Positions 8,127-17,794 are shown, counted from the first letter of the stretch. The stretch: DNA of 47,490 bases from Candidatus Woesearchaeota archaeon (GCA_964647695.1 CAZYIS010000005.1:1-47490), one strand, 5' to 3'. Notes: a model not told the origin generated them from the sequence alone. Numbers and translations: made by a program.

Positions 8127-8657
8127 TTATTTTTCAATTTTAATTAAATCTTTTCCACTAACAACATATTCATGCCCAAATTTTCTACCTACTTGAACTA
8201 ATTTTCTATATAGGCTATCTGGATTTTGCCAATTGGGTTGAAATCTGAATCCCTTTTTCGCCAATTGAGATTCATATTTTACTATTACTGGATCGTTGGC
8301 TAATAATAGTAAAGATTTTTCACCCTGACTTAAAGTTTCTAATTCAGAATCTACTTCAACAGCTAAATGAATTATTTCATCGAATGATAATTCAGAATGT
8401 AAATCTAAAACAGCATAATTATTTGAAAAACCGTATTCTTGTATTATAGGTTCGGCGTACCTGTGATATCGTCTAATTGCAGAACGTAAACCTGGGCTGC
8501 GGATATAACTTAAAAGACCTACACTTACTGGGGCTGGCTGAAGATTTTCTGTTGCGAAGTCAAAACATCTAGCCATTTCAGCTATTGCCTGTTCTTCGGA
8601 GATAAGAACTCCATGCTTAGAAGCATGATCGAATATTGCAGGTAGTTGAATTTGCAT
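8127..8657 (-). CDS. Hypothetical protein
   Basis: 176-aa ORF. Confidence 0.55.
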   Translation of the reverse strand: MQIQLPAIFDHASKHGVLISEEQAIAEMARCFDFATENLQPAPVSVGLLSYIRSPGLRSAIRRYHRYAEPIIQEYGFSNNYAVLDLHSELSFDEIIHLAVEVDSELETLSQGEKSLLLLANDPVIVKYESQLAKKGFRFQPNWQNPDSLYRKLVQVGRKFGHEYVVSGKDLIKIEK

Positions 8658-8709
8658 ATGATCAAATATTTCTCAGATTATTTAAACATTTATACAAATA
8701 AAAATAGAA

Positions 8710-8907
8710 TTATTTCTTGGTGAATTCGGTGTACTTGCACTTTCCACAAAATACTCTGTCTTTTGCAACGGCTAGGAAAGTTCCCATTCCGCATCTTGGA
8801 CAATATTTATCTCTGATTACTTTGTCTCCAGAAATTTTATAATGAGTATACTTCTTACTGGTTGGTTTGTTCTTATGTGGTTTTTTTCCTTTTCTATCTT
8901 CTGCCAT
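8710..8907 (-). CDS. rps27ae: 30S ribosomal protein eS31 (S27ae)
   Basis: CPRCG..FLA...R..CGKC. Confidence 0.95.
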   Translation of the reverse strand: MAEDRKGKKPHKNKPTSKKYTHYKISGDKVIRDKYCPRCGMGTFLAVAKDRVFCGKCKYTEFTKK

Positions 8908-8908
8908 T

Positions 8909-9181
8909 TTATTGTGCTCCTTCCTTCTTCTTTACTTTAACTTTAGGTTCTATTTTAAGCTTATCGGCAGCTGAATCGTATATATAGGCATCGATAAGGA
9001 AAGTGTTTCTTCCAAACTTACTTTTAACTGCTTTGACTGCGATGGAATCTTCCTTGGCTTTGAATTGATCAGCAATATTGCTTTGGGAAGCAGTAAATCC
9101 AGGATTACTTTGAGATTCGACTAGAACTTTTACTTCTCTTCTTTTCAATAATAAATTTTTTGTGTCTAAGATTGTTTTCAT
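8909..9181 (-). CDS. rps24e: 30S ribosomal protein eS24
   Basis: NLLLKRREV, KSKFG, AYIYDS; synteny. Confidence 0.9.
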   Translation of the reverse strand: MKTILDTKNLLLKRREVKVLVESQSNPGFTASQSNIADQFKAKEDSIAVKAVKSKFGRNTFLIDAYIYDSAADKLKIEPKVKVKKKEGAQ

Positions 9182-9186
9182 GATTA

Positions 9187-9378
9187 TTAACCTAACTTGA
9201 TGGCATAACTGCCCTTAGATTTAATTTTTAAACTTTGAGCAACTTCGGATTGTTCAGGATTTATAATACAAACTTTTCCTTTGGAATTATCTGCAATTTC
9301 TTCGCTTCCGCATCTTGGACATTTACTTCCAGAGTCAATAAGGAATTTACATTGCTTACATGCTTTTTGTGCTGCCAT
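9187..9378 (-). CDS. spt4: Transcription elongation factor Spt4 (RpoE'')
   Basis: ACKQC...CPRCGS...IINPEQSEVA...G.YAIK. Confidence 0.95.
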   Translation of the reverse strand: MAAQKACKQCKFLIDSGSKCPRCGSEEIADNSKGKVCIINPEQSEVAQSLKIKSKGSYAIKLG

Positions 9379-9980
9379 TATTTCTTGCCACCCTTTTTAT
9401 CTGGTTTGTCTGCCTTTTTTGAAGCAGCTTTTGTAGCGTGATCTTTCTTTTTCTTTTCTTCATTTATCCAGTCTAGTTTACCTAGTCCAGGTTGTCTCAT
9501 GGTTAATCCAATCTTAGGTTCTCCGGATTTGAAACTGATGGCAACTATTCTTGCTAAACATTCATCGCCTTTAGCTAAAACTCTCTTGGATGCTTTTCCA
9601 GCTAGAGTTCCGGTCTTGCTTAAAGATACATAGTCTTCCATGGTTTGGGAAACGTGGATCATTCCTTGGGCAGGACCCATTTGGATGAATGCTCCGAATG
9701 AAGTAATTTCATTTATTGTACCGAAAACTAATTCATGTAGTTCTGGTTTCCAGGTTAACAATTTGAATATGGATTTATAGAAAGGTGCTCCATCTCCAGG
9801 AATAATAATGCCATCATCTACTACTTCGGCTGAAATAACGGACATGACATGACCTAATTCTTTGCTTACTTTTCCGACGAAAGATTCGTTAAGTTGTTTT
9901 TCAACTGCTTCTCTGGTTGGTAAACCGAAGTGTCTAGGTTCAACTCTTACATGATCTTCAACTTCTAATATATAGAACAT
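9378..9980 (-). CDS. rpo7: RNA polymerase subunit Rpo7 (RpoE')
   Basis: VRVEP..FG, IIPGDG, S1 domain, IGLTMRQPGLGK. Confidence 0.96.
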   Translation of the reverse strand: MFYILEVEDHVRVEPRHFGLPTREAVEKQLNESFVGKVSKELGHVMSVISAEVVDDGIIIPGDGAPFYKSIFKLLTWKPELHELVFGTINEITSFGAFIQMGPAQGMIHVSQTMEDYVSLSKTGTLAGKASKRVLAKGDECLARIVAISFKSGEPKIGLTMRQPGLGKLDWINEEKKKKDHATKAASKKADKPDKKGGKK

Positions 9981-10053
9981 ATTTTGAAAAGAAAAAGTTG
10001 ATTTAAAAAGCTTTCCTTTATTGGAAGAATGAGAAAATTAAGGGAAAAAATGA

Positions 10054-10380
10054 TTATTTTTTAACAACGACAGCAGTACCATAGCAAAGAACTTCGGTAA
10101 TTCCATTCATTATTTCAGTAGCATCGTATTTTACACCAATTATGGCATTGGCTCCTAGGTCTTCGGCGTGTTTTAGTAATTGTTCGTAGGCATCGGCTCT
10201 TGCTCTTTCACAAAGTGAAGTATAGAGCGTAATATTTCCACCAAAAAGAGACTGAATTCCAGCACCAATATTTCCGATTATGGATCTTGATCGGACAATT
10301 ATTCCTCTAACGATTCCGAGGTTTTTTACAATTTTATATCCTTCCAGATTAAAAGCAGTGGTGACCATTTCAGGTTTCAT
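10054..10380 (-). CDS. YbjQ/UPF0145 family protein
   Basis: [27 protein letters not shown]. Confidence 0.92.
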   Translation of the reverse strand: MKPEMVTTAFNLEGYKIVKNLGIVRGIIVRSRSIIGNIGAGIQSLFGGNITLYTSLCERARADAYEQLLKHAEDLGANAIIGVKYDATEIMNGITEVLCYGTAVVVKK

Positions 10381-10529
10381 AGATTTATTAAGTTCAGGAA
10401 GATTATAAATTTAACTAAATAAAATTTGATTTTCAATAGCTTTAAATAGCACTATTTTCTTTGATTTTTGTCAAAGTCGATAGTTTACAAAAACTATTTT
10501 TTGACGTAACAACTGTAAGGAGAATTAGA

Positions 10530-10916
10530 ATGAGCAAGAAATTGTATGTCGGGAATCTACCTTTTTCTGTTAACTCAGAAAAATTGAAAGAGCTTTTCAC
10601 TGCCTATGGCGCAGTGGAAGACGCACAAGTTATTTCTTTTAAGGACACTGGAAAATCTAAGGGATTTGGTTTCGTTACCATTACCGATGATGTTCAAGCA
10701 GATAAAGCCAAAGAAGAAATGAATGGAAAAGAAGTCGAAGGAAGAAAGCTTTTCGTAAATGAAGCTAAACCTTTTGACCCTGATGCACCAAGAAAACCAA
10801 GAAGAAGCTTCGGAGATAGAGATGGAGGCGGATTTGGCGGTAGAAGTGGTGGATTTGGAGGCGGAAGAAGCTTCGGTGGCGGTAGAGGAAGATTTAATAG
10901 AGACGACAGGGATTAA
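10530..10916 (+). CDS. Single-RRM RNA-binding protein with RGG-rich tail
   Basis: RNP2 LYVGNL, RNP1 KGFGFV; ATG at 10530 preceded by AAGGAG, preferred over the TTG start at 10461. Confidence 0.92.
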   Translation: MSKKLYVGNLPFSVNSEKLKELFTAYGAVEDAQVISFKDTGKSKGFGFVTITDDVQADKAKEEMNGKEVEGRKLFVNEAKPFDPDAPRKPRRSFGDRDGGGFGGRSGGFGGGRSFGGGRGRFNRDDRD

Positions 10917-10930
10917 TTAAATTCCCGTTA

Positions 10931-10985
10931 GTTTTTTATTTTATTAACTTTAACTTTTTATTTTTTTATTTTTTAATTGTTTTTA
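10931..10985 (+). terminator. Oligo-T tracts, likely terminator
   Basis: Several T5-T8 runs directly after the RRM gene. Confidence 0.5.
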
Positions 10986-11056
10986 GGATTTTTTATAAAA
11001 AAAATTCTTTTATTATTTATGCAAACATTTAAATTTCTAATGATATTGCGATTTTT

Positions 11057-11245
11057 ATGGAATATACATTACCATTAAATAGGAATGCCTTGGGTCCAAT
11101 AGGGAATATATTTAGCAATTATTATGCTCCTAATAGGGCATTGCCTAGTAGTAGAATAAATATGAGAAGTTCTTATACTCGATTTGAAATGCCTAAATTA
11201 GATTATGTTAATATTGAAAAAGCAACTAATAGAACTAACTTATAA
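11057..11245 (+). CDS. Small hypothetical protein
   Basis: 62-aa ORF with TTTAAAT about 25 nt upstream. Confidence 0.4.
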   Translation: MEYTLPLNRNALGPIGNIFSNYYAPNRALPSSRINMRSSYTRFEMPKLDYVNIEKATNRTNL

Positions 11246-11255
11246 TATTAAATTT

Positions 11256-11666
11256 TTATTTTTCAAGAATAATGTTAAGTTCTTTTAATGCTTTCTTGTA
11301 TTGAGGCCATTGGGCTAATTCTATAGCTTCATTAATATTTAACCACTTTAACTCATCATGCTCAGGATAAATATTTTGATTTAGATTTATTTCAGTTTTT
11401 GGTGAAACTTCGAATGCTAAAGCATACTCAGTAAAAGCTTCTTGGCCGTTGGGATAATCAGATAATTTTATTGTTCTTTTTGTCTCAGTTATACCTGTTT
11501 CTTCCTTTAACTCTCTCTTTGCACCCTCTAAAGGTTCTTCTTTTTCTAATCTTCCGGAAAGAGTTTGCCAAAATCCTCCCCGTTTAGGAATTCTTTTTAA
11601 TAATAAAAATTCATAATTATCTTTTATTTTTCTAAAAACTATAATTTGTAATGTATCTTGTGGCAT
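11256..11666 (-). CDS. NUDIX hydrolase (NudB-like)
   Basis: FWQTLSGRLEKEE...AKRELKEETG Nudix box; EH..KW. Confidence 0.88.
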   Translation of the reverse strand: MPQDTLQIIVFRKIKDNYEFLLLKRIPKRGGFWQTLSGRLEKEEPLEGAKRELKEETGITETKRTIKLSDYPNGQEAFTEYALAFEVSPKTEINLNQNIYPEHDELKWLNINEAIELAQWPQYKKALKELNIILEK

Positions 11667-11709
11667 ATATCTAATAAGGTTATTAGGATTATAAATTTAA
11701 CCAAAATTT

Positions 11710-12432
11710 TTATTTTTCAATTAGTTTCGCATATTTCCACATGCTGTCAAAATAGCTTTTGTAGGCCTTGGCGGCAGCAGCGTTTTCAATTATTATTCCT
11801 TCAGGTTCATCGGTCCAGATTATTATGGCAACCTTATCTCCATAGATATTGGTTACTGCTGGACTCTCGGATATATTAGGTAGATATCTATGTTCTGAAG
11901 TCTTACCATCCAATTCATATCTTCCTTTTCTTAGGATTAACTGAGTTTTGATTCCTTTTTCCTTTTTCATCCTATCGAATTGAGGAGCAAAAGTAGGCAT
12001 TCTTAGAGAGAATTGACCTTCGCTTCCAAAAACATAATTATCTTTTCCAGTTCTTACTATGTCTAGGAAAACAGACTTAACTCCCTTGTAACCCTTAAAT
12101 AGTCTAACTTGACCTTCAATCTTTTTTCTCTTATGGCGTTCTTGGAGCTCTGGAAGAATGGATTGTATTTCTTCTTCCTGTTCCTTAAGATAATCCAGAA
12201 TTCTTTTAGGACCTACGGCTTGGAACCATTTTACCTTTCCCACTAGAACATAACTAACAAATCCTTTGTCAAGAAGCATTTGAATTGCATTGTAGGTGCT
12301 ACTTCTATCTAATTTAGATATTTTTGCTACCCTCCCTGCCTTGCAGGAACCATTATCATTGAGAGTAAGATAAACCTTAATTTCGTTTTGAGAAAGACCT
12401 ATTTTAGAAAGTGTTTTTGTTATATCATCCAT
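11710..12432 (-). CDS. TrmB-family transcriptional regulator
   Basis: IGLSQNEIKVYLTL...RSSTYNAIQMLLDKGFV wHTH plus PLD-like C-terminal domain (IYGDKVAI...YFDSMWK). Confidence 0.88.
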   Translation of the reverse strand: MDDITKTLSKIGLSQNEIKVYLTLNDNGSCKAGRVAKISKLDRSSTYNAIQMLLDKGFVSYVLVGKVKWFQAVGPKRILDYLKEQEEEIQSILPELQERHKRKKIEGQVRLFKGYKGVKSVFLDIVRTGKDNYVFGSEGQFSLRMPTFAPQFDRMKKEKGIKTQLILRKGRYELDGKTSEHRYLPNISESPAVTNIYGDKVAIIIWTDEPEGIIIENAAAAKAYKSYFDSMWKYAKLIEK

Positions 12433-12473
12433 CTTAGTTTTATGAAAGTGAAACTCTATTTAAGCTTTGCTTT

Positions 12474-12500
12474 TTGTTGTAGATTTTTAAACTACAAAAA
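12474..12500. promoter_or_regulatory. Imperfect palindrome, putative operator upstream of TrmB gene
   Basis: TTGTTGTAGATTTTT identical to 14111-14125; right arm CTACAAAAA. Confidence 0.55.
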
Positions 12501-12881
12501 TAAAGTTAGATCTTTTTTACCTTCACTTTTAAGTTGAGCTATTCTTTCAAATGCATCATTTTTGGCCCACTCATAGGTTTTCATTCCACCCAGTTCTTCC
12601 GTATATTTGCAAAAAGGTTTGTAGTCTACAACTTTACTATAGGCATCGGCAAGTTGTGTTAGTAAAGGCCCATCTTTTTTCATCGTAACCATAAGCAAGG
12701 CATCTTTTATCCAAGAGACATTATATTTTTCACCTTTGTATCTGCCGAGATGACCTACTGAATCGCTGTGATTGCCTATAATTACTATCTCTTCTAATCC
12801 TGCTTTTTTTAAATCACGTTCTATGTTTTCAGCAGTCCAGATTAATTGGCCATCTTTATCTTTTATTAGTGTTTCACTCAT
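12492..12881 (-). CDS. Hypothetical protein (operon gene 4)
   Basis: ATGA overlap with upstream gene. Confidence 0.7.
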   Translation of the reverse strand: MSETLIKDKDGQLIWTAENIERDLKKAGLEEIVIIGNHSDSVGHLGRYKGEKYNVSWIKDALLMVTMKKDGPLLTQLADAYSKVVDYKPFCKYTEELGGMKTYEWAKNDAFERIAQLKSEGKKDLTLFL

Positions 12882-13264
12882 TTTGTTTCCCCAGTAATAA
12901 CTTTAGCTCTCGCAATTAGCAATCTGTTTTTTACTGATTCTTTGTATTCTCTAAGATGGTATTGTATTGCGTAATCGAATTCATCTCCATCTTCTAGTCT
13001 TATGCAGTTCCAATTTCTTTTTCTTTGCGTTTTTTCTACTACTTTTAATTTTTCTTCGAGGTTTTCAGTTGGCTGACTTCCAAAGAATTTGGTTTCCACT
13101 CTGAATTCTATTTTATTGAAATCTAAATTTTTATCATCTTTATCAATTTCTGGATCATAGTTTGTACGAATGACTGCATCGCATCCCTTAAGAGTATTTT
13201 CTTTTATATGGTAAATGAAAACTGAATCAGATACTCTATCATGAAAGTTTACTGTGTATTTCAT
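12878..13264 (-). CDS. Hypothetical protein (operon gene 3)
   Basis: ATGA overlaps at both ends. Confidence 0.7.
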   Translation of the reverse strand: MKYTVNFHDRVSDSVFIYHIKENTLKGCDAVIRTNYDPEIDKDDKNLDFNKIEFRVETKFFGSQPTENLEEKLKVVEKTQRKRNWNCIRLEDGDEFDYAIQYHLREYKESVKNRLLIARAKVITGETK

Positions 13265-13761
13265 TTTATCCTGCCTATGGCTCTTGCGATTTTTGTTATG
13301 TTGAGAATTCCATAGTTCTTTTCTGCATCTAGAGTCAGTTTTCCAAGGTATTCTTCGTATTTTGCTCTTTTTTCAGTAGTCATCCAGCTGGCATCTAGAA
13401 GGTTGCTTACTTTGTCATAGAGTTTGTATAATCTTACTTCCTTTGGTTTGCCCCAAATTTCTTGCATTTCTTGTTCGCTTCCTCCTTCGAAGGTCATGTG
13501 ATTTACCAGTTCCAGTATTCTTGATTCTAGATTAGAAGGTAGTGGTTTGTTGGTATCTTCTTTGACATCATGGTAGATAAGAGTTTGGTAACCTTCCATT
13601 CTTGTTTTTTCATCTAGATCAGTCTCGGTAAGAATAGTCATGGCTGACCAGATGGGGTGGATTGAGTAGGGTGTTTTGCCATCCCATTTTCTAAAAGCCT
13701 TGCTTGGTTTTTTAGGATGATTTTGGTGAGCATCTATTGTGAATGAGATTTCTTCTATCAT
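13261..13761 (-). CDS. HD-domain protein, RelA/SpoT hydrolase (Mesh1/SAH)-like
   Basis: RKWDGKTPYSIHP, YHDVKEDT, KLYDKVSNL. Confidence 0.75.
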   Translation of the reverse strand: MIEEISFTIDAHQNHPKKPSKAFRKWDGKTPYSIHPIWSAMTILTETDLDEKTRMEGYQTLIYHDVKEDTNKPLPSNLESRILELVNHMTFEGGSEQEMQEIWGKPKEVRLYKLYDKVSNLLDASWMTTEKRAKYEEYLGKLTLDAEKNYGILNITKIARAIGRIK

Positions 13762-14075
13762 TTTGTTTCTCCTGCAGATTTTTGCTTGACATTTCTGAAG
13801 TAGTTGACCTCTAGATAGTGTACTTTAGTTGCTCCGCCCTTGGCTTGTTCGTAGGGAACTATTTTCATTCCGTTTCCAGAAATCATTATTTCGAAGTATT
13901 CTGCTTTTTCTAGAATTTCTTTGTCAGTGGCGTTTAGGACCGTATTAAGATAATCTTCTTTAGTGTGGATCCAGTTAGGGCCTGTAATTCTTACGCTTAC
14001 TAAGTATTCTATTTTCTTATTTTCTTCCAGGCTTTTGACCTGGTCGTTGCTTAGTTCTTCTAGTGTCTTGTTCAT
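13758..14075 (-). CDS. Hypothetical protein (operon gene 1)
   Basis: 105-aa ORF, ATGA overlap with the HD gene. Confidence 0.65.
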   Translation of the reverse strand: MNKTLEELSNDQVKSLEENKKIEYLVSVRITGPNWIHTKEDYLNTVLNATDKEILEKAEYFEIMISGNGMKIVPYEQAKGGATKVHYLEVNYFRNVKQKSAGETK

Positions 14076-14109
14076 GTTAATGAATCGATGAATAATTGCT
14101 AGATAAATA

Positions 14110-14135
14110 TTTGTTGTAGATTTTTCTACAACAAA
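14110..14135. promoter_or_regulatory. Perfect 11-bp inverted repeat, putative operator
   Basis: TTTGTTGTAGA-TTTT-TCTACAACAAA in a divergent promoter region. Confidence 0.7.
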
Positions 14136-14207
14136 AAGCTAAATAGTTTAACTTGAATAAATTTGTATGATTATTAAAATAACTAAATTTAAATATGAAA
14201 CAAGCTA

Positions 14208-14702
14208 ATGATTAATAACAAAATGAAAAGAGATGAACTGAAAGCAAATCCGGAAAAGGCAACTTCAAGAGTGTCAATAAACTCATTTATGATTGGAAGT
14301 TTATTCTTTATCCTAACTCTTATTTTAACACTGGGTCCAGATAAATTTAGTATTTTTATAATATCTCAACTGGTTTTGGCGATTCCACTCTTATTTATTT
14401 CTAGTTTGGCCTATGCTAAGATAAGCTATAGAGCAAAATCTATGACTTTTGATAAATATGGTTGGATAGCTCATACTTTGGGAAATAATATGGTCTTGAA
14501 TGCTTTTGGACTAATGGCTGCAATTTACTTTAGAACTGTAGGAATATTATATTTTGTTCTAGCACTAGTAACCATAATATTGTATTATATCATAGATAGT
14601 AAGCATGATCCTTCACAATCCAGAGAGAATTTGATTAAAGTTATATTCATATTAATTATCTTCGCCGTGGGCGGAATTTATCCATTGTTAAGTTCTTTAT
14701 AA
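14208..14702 (+). CDS. Multi-pass membrane protein
   Basis: About 5 hydrophobic helices. Confidence 0.7.
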   Translation: MINNKMKRDELKANPEKATSRVSINSFMIGSLFFILTLILTLGPDKFSIFIISQLVLAIPLLFISSLAYAKISYRAKSMTFDKYGWIAHTLGNNMVLNAFGLMAAIYFRTVGILYFVLALVTIILYYIIDSKHDPSQSRENLIKVIFILIIFAVGGIYPLLSSL

Positions 14703-14712
14703 TTATAAATTG

Positions 14713-17700
14713 CTACATTCCGTAGACATACTCATTACAAAATTCACAATTCTTTTCAATTGGACATGGTTTGAAACCAATTTTATAGGCTTCTTGGATT
14801 GCTTTTGCAGTGGTTAGTAACTCTGCACGAACATCGTTAATGTTGAAACCATCTATATATTTGGAAGATGTACAGACTGCATTGCCTTTGCTGTCTATTT
14901 CAAATTCTAAAGGCTTATCTTGTTTAAGCATGTCAAGAATAACCTTTTTTACATCCCCATACTTTTCCTTTGCTGCTAGGGCATAGAATCCAAGTTGCCA
15001 ATTTCTGTCTTTTGGAGAAATGGCTGATTTTCCTGTTTTGTAGTCTACTATTTGAATTCCATCCTCTAGGAAATCAATTCTATCGGCATAACCTATAAAT
15101 TCAATATTTTCTATTTTTAATGGGAGATATTTTTCCGTCTCTGAATGATTATTGTATCTATTCCTATTTCTTTCAAAGAATACTTTTATTAGAGTTTCGG
15201 CTTCTTCGAAAACTACGGATTGCCATTCTTCTTCTAGAATTAATTCTCTGCCCAACTGAAGGAACTCTTCGGCAGTTTTGAAATGTTGATTTACTCCTTT
15301 TTCTAGAACCAGATGGACGAAAGAACCAAGTCGCATGGCTTCCCAGGAGATGGTTTTTCTTTCGGGCATGTTGAATACATAGCGATATTCGAATTCCTTT
15401 TCGCAATCGGAAAATAGCCTTAGAGCGGAAGGAGAGAATTTTTTATGTTCTTTTTCCGATTCTATAACTCTCTCGGATTCAACTATCTTATTTAGAACTT
15501 CATTAAAGTTTTGATAATCCAGAGCCGATGAAAATTTAGGAGGTTCTTTCTTATTTTCTTCTGGCGAAATATATTTTTCTTCACTGTCTATGGAAAATTC
15601 AATGTCTGGATTAGTTTTGAATGAAATTTCATTTAGAAATTGGGAAATAGAAACTTCCTTACTGGAATATTCTTTTGCATAGGTAATGATTAGCTTTTCT
15701 TTAGCTCGAGTAAAAGAAACGTAGGCTAAACGACGCTCTTCCTGTAATTGGTGATGTTTTTCATAGGATTTAACATAGTCTTCGCTTTCTTCTTCATTCA
15801 TGGATTTTATTTCATTCTTTACTTCTGGAAGAAGTTCGGTGGGAATTAGAGAGTTATTGGTGTAGCGTTCAATGGGAAAACGGCCTTGAGAAAAGTTAGT
15901 TATTATTACGGTTTTATATTCTAATCCTTTGGTGGAATGGCTAGTCATCAATCTAACTCCCAATTCTTCCAATTGAGGCGCTTCTATTTCTATTTCTAGA
16001 CTTTCAAGCACATCTAGATAATAAAGGAAATTGGATAGATCAGAATCATAGAGCTCTTCATGTAACTTGGCAATATCATAGAATTTATTTAGGTTCATCA
16101 TTACCTCTTTTTCTTCTATGGTTTTTTGTTCATTGGCCAATCCGGAAATTCGGTAAACTTCTTGGATTAATTCAGAAATAGGTTTATCTATGAATGGCAA
16201 CATAAGTTTTATTTTATCTATAAGAATTTTTGCAGCCATTTTCCCATCTGGACTGAGAGGAAGGGTTTGAAGATTGTTAAAGAGATGCAGAGAGATAATT
16301 TTATCTTTTTCTGCTTCAACAGTTTTAGCATTATTATCTCTTGGAGGTTTGGTAAATTCCTTTATGGTTTTACCTATGGTAATAAGATCGGATTGTTGGA
16401 AATGTAGTTGGTATACTAGATCCCACCAACTCTGTTCGGCACCTTTTTCCTTCTTTCTAAGTTTATTTAATATGTTTAGATAATCTATTACGGTTTTTAC
16501 TGATTTTTGCTTTAGCAAAGATGATTTGGAAAGAGAATGATACTTTATTTCTGCCTGCTCTAGAGCTCGCTTTATTATATTTCCATACTGATGGGCTCTA
16601 AAGAGGATGCAAATCTCTTCCAGTTCCTTTCCAGATTTTTCCTGTTCCTTTATTAATTCTATTACTTTTCTGGCTTCTTCTTTGGCATTCTTCAGTTCAA
16701 AAATAGAAACTTTTTCTCCTTCAATTGAATTAACATTCTCTACAATGAATGATTCTTCTTTATTTTGATAATTATTGGTAATTAATTTGTGGGCAGAACG
16801 CAGAACCGTATTTGGAGAACGATAGGATTTGGCTAGATTGAAAGTATCTTTGTCAGTTACGGAAAAGTATTTTTTGAATAGGGTAAGATTTTCCTTGTAG
16901 GCACCTCTAAATCTATAGATGGATTGGTTGATATCTCCTACAATGGTAATATTATTATTTAATGCTAGTTTGAATAGGAAATCCAGTTGAAGTTTATTGG
17001 TATCTTGGAACTCATCGACAATAATATATTCAAATTCTCTGGATATTTCTGGGTGTTTTTCCAAAAGCTCAAGAGATTTTGTATTGAGATCGGAATAATC
17101 TAGGTAATTTCCTTTTTGTTTTAGTTTTTCATAGGCATTCCAGGAGTTAATGAATTTTTTAATGTCTAAAATTCTTTTTATTCTTTTTATTTCTGCCACC
17201 AGATCTTTTTTGTCCTTACGGTATTGTTTTAGATGAAGAGTTTGCAACTCGAAATTAAGATTTTCAAGTCTTTTGTCCAATTCCACATCCTTATATTTGG
17301 AGATTTCTTTTTCTAAAAATAATTGAAATTCTTCTAGCTTTATTCCCAGATCTTTGGCCGTTCCAATGGTTGAAATGTAACGATGACAATTTAGAGGTAT
17401 AACTTTAAAATTTCTATGGAGAATTACCTTGGCCTGATCCGGATCGAGGATTTTAAACTTTTCAGGAATATTTAATTTGGAACCATATTTTCTTAATAGG
17501 TCTGCAGAAAAAGCGTGGAATGTTTTTATTATGGGTTCCTTTCCTTTTTCCAAAGGTACATTTTTCTGAACCCTGGAATTTATATTGTTGGCTGCTTCGT
17601 TGGAAAAAGTTATGCAAACTATCTTTTCAGGAGAATAAATCTTATGGCTGATAATATGTTTTAGCTTTTCTACGATGGTATAGGTTTTACCCGTTCCGGC

Positions 17701-17754
17701 TCCGGCGAGAATAACACAGGGACCACTTACTTTTTTTATTGCTTCTTCATTCAT
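14713..17754 (-). CDS. UvrD/REP-family helicase fused to PD-(D/E)XK nuclease (AdnAB/AddAB-like)
   Basis: AGAGTGKT, DEFQD, GDINQSIYRFRGA, HSTKGLE, EERRLAYVSFTRA; C-terminal GYADRID, IVDYKTG, CPIEKNCEFC. Confidence 0.92.
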   Translation of the reverse strand: MNEEAIKKVSGPCVILAGAGTGKTYTIVEKLKHIISHKIYSPEKIVCITFSNEAANNINSRVQKNVPLEKGKEPIIKTFHAFSADLLRKYGSKLNIPEKFKILDPDQAKVILHRNFKVIPLNCHRYISTIGTAKDLGIKLEEFQLFLEKEISKYKDVELDKRLENLNFELQTLHLKQYRKDKKDLVAEIKRIKRILDIKKFINSWNAYEKLKQKGNYLDYSDLNTKSLELLEKHPEISREFEYIIVDEFQDTNKLQLDFLFKLALNNNITIVGDINQSIYRFRGAYKENLTLFKKYFSVTDKDTFNLAKSYRSPNTVLRSAHKLITNNYQNKEESFIVENVNSIEGEKVSIFELKNAKEEARKVIELIKEQEKSGKELEEICILFRAHQYGNIIKRALEQAEIKYHSLSKSSLLKQKSVKTVIDYLNILNKLRKKEKGAEQSWWDLVYQLHFQQSDLITIGKTIKEFTKPPRDNNAKTVEAEKDKIISLHLFNNLQTLPLSPDGKMAAKILIDKIKLMLPFIDKPISELIQEVYRISGLANEQKTIEEKEVMMNLNKFYDIAKLHEELYDSDLSNFLYYLDVLESLEIEIEAPQLEELGVRLMTSHSTKGLEYKTVIITNFSQGRFPIERYTNNSLIPTELLPEVKNEIKSMNEEESEDYVKSYEKHHQLQEERRLAYVSFTRAKEKLIITYAKEYSSKEVSISQFLNEISFKTNPDIEFSIDSEEKYISPEENKKEPPKFSSALDYQNFNEVLNKIVESERVIESEKEHKKFSPSALRLFSDCEKEFEYRYVFNMPERKTISWEAMRLGSFVHLVLEKGVNQHFKTAEEFLQLGRELILEEEWQSVVFEEAETLIKVFFERNRNRYNNHSETEKYLPLKIENIEFIGYADRIDFLEDGIQIVDYKTGKSAISPKDRNWQLGFYALAAKEKYGDVKKVILDMLKQDKPLEFEIDSKGNAVCTSSKYIDGFNINDVRAELLTTAKAIQEAYKIGFKPCPIEKNCEFCNEYVYGM

Positions 17755-17794
17755 TAAATTTTAGAGATTGAGAATGTTAAAAAGATTGTTATTG

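Noticed and set aside
12474-14135. GTTGTAGAT resembles the 3' end of Cas12a CRISPR repeats
   Set aside because: Only two copies, 1.6 kb apart with genes between them; no spacers or cas genes; better explained as an operator
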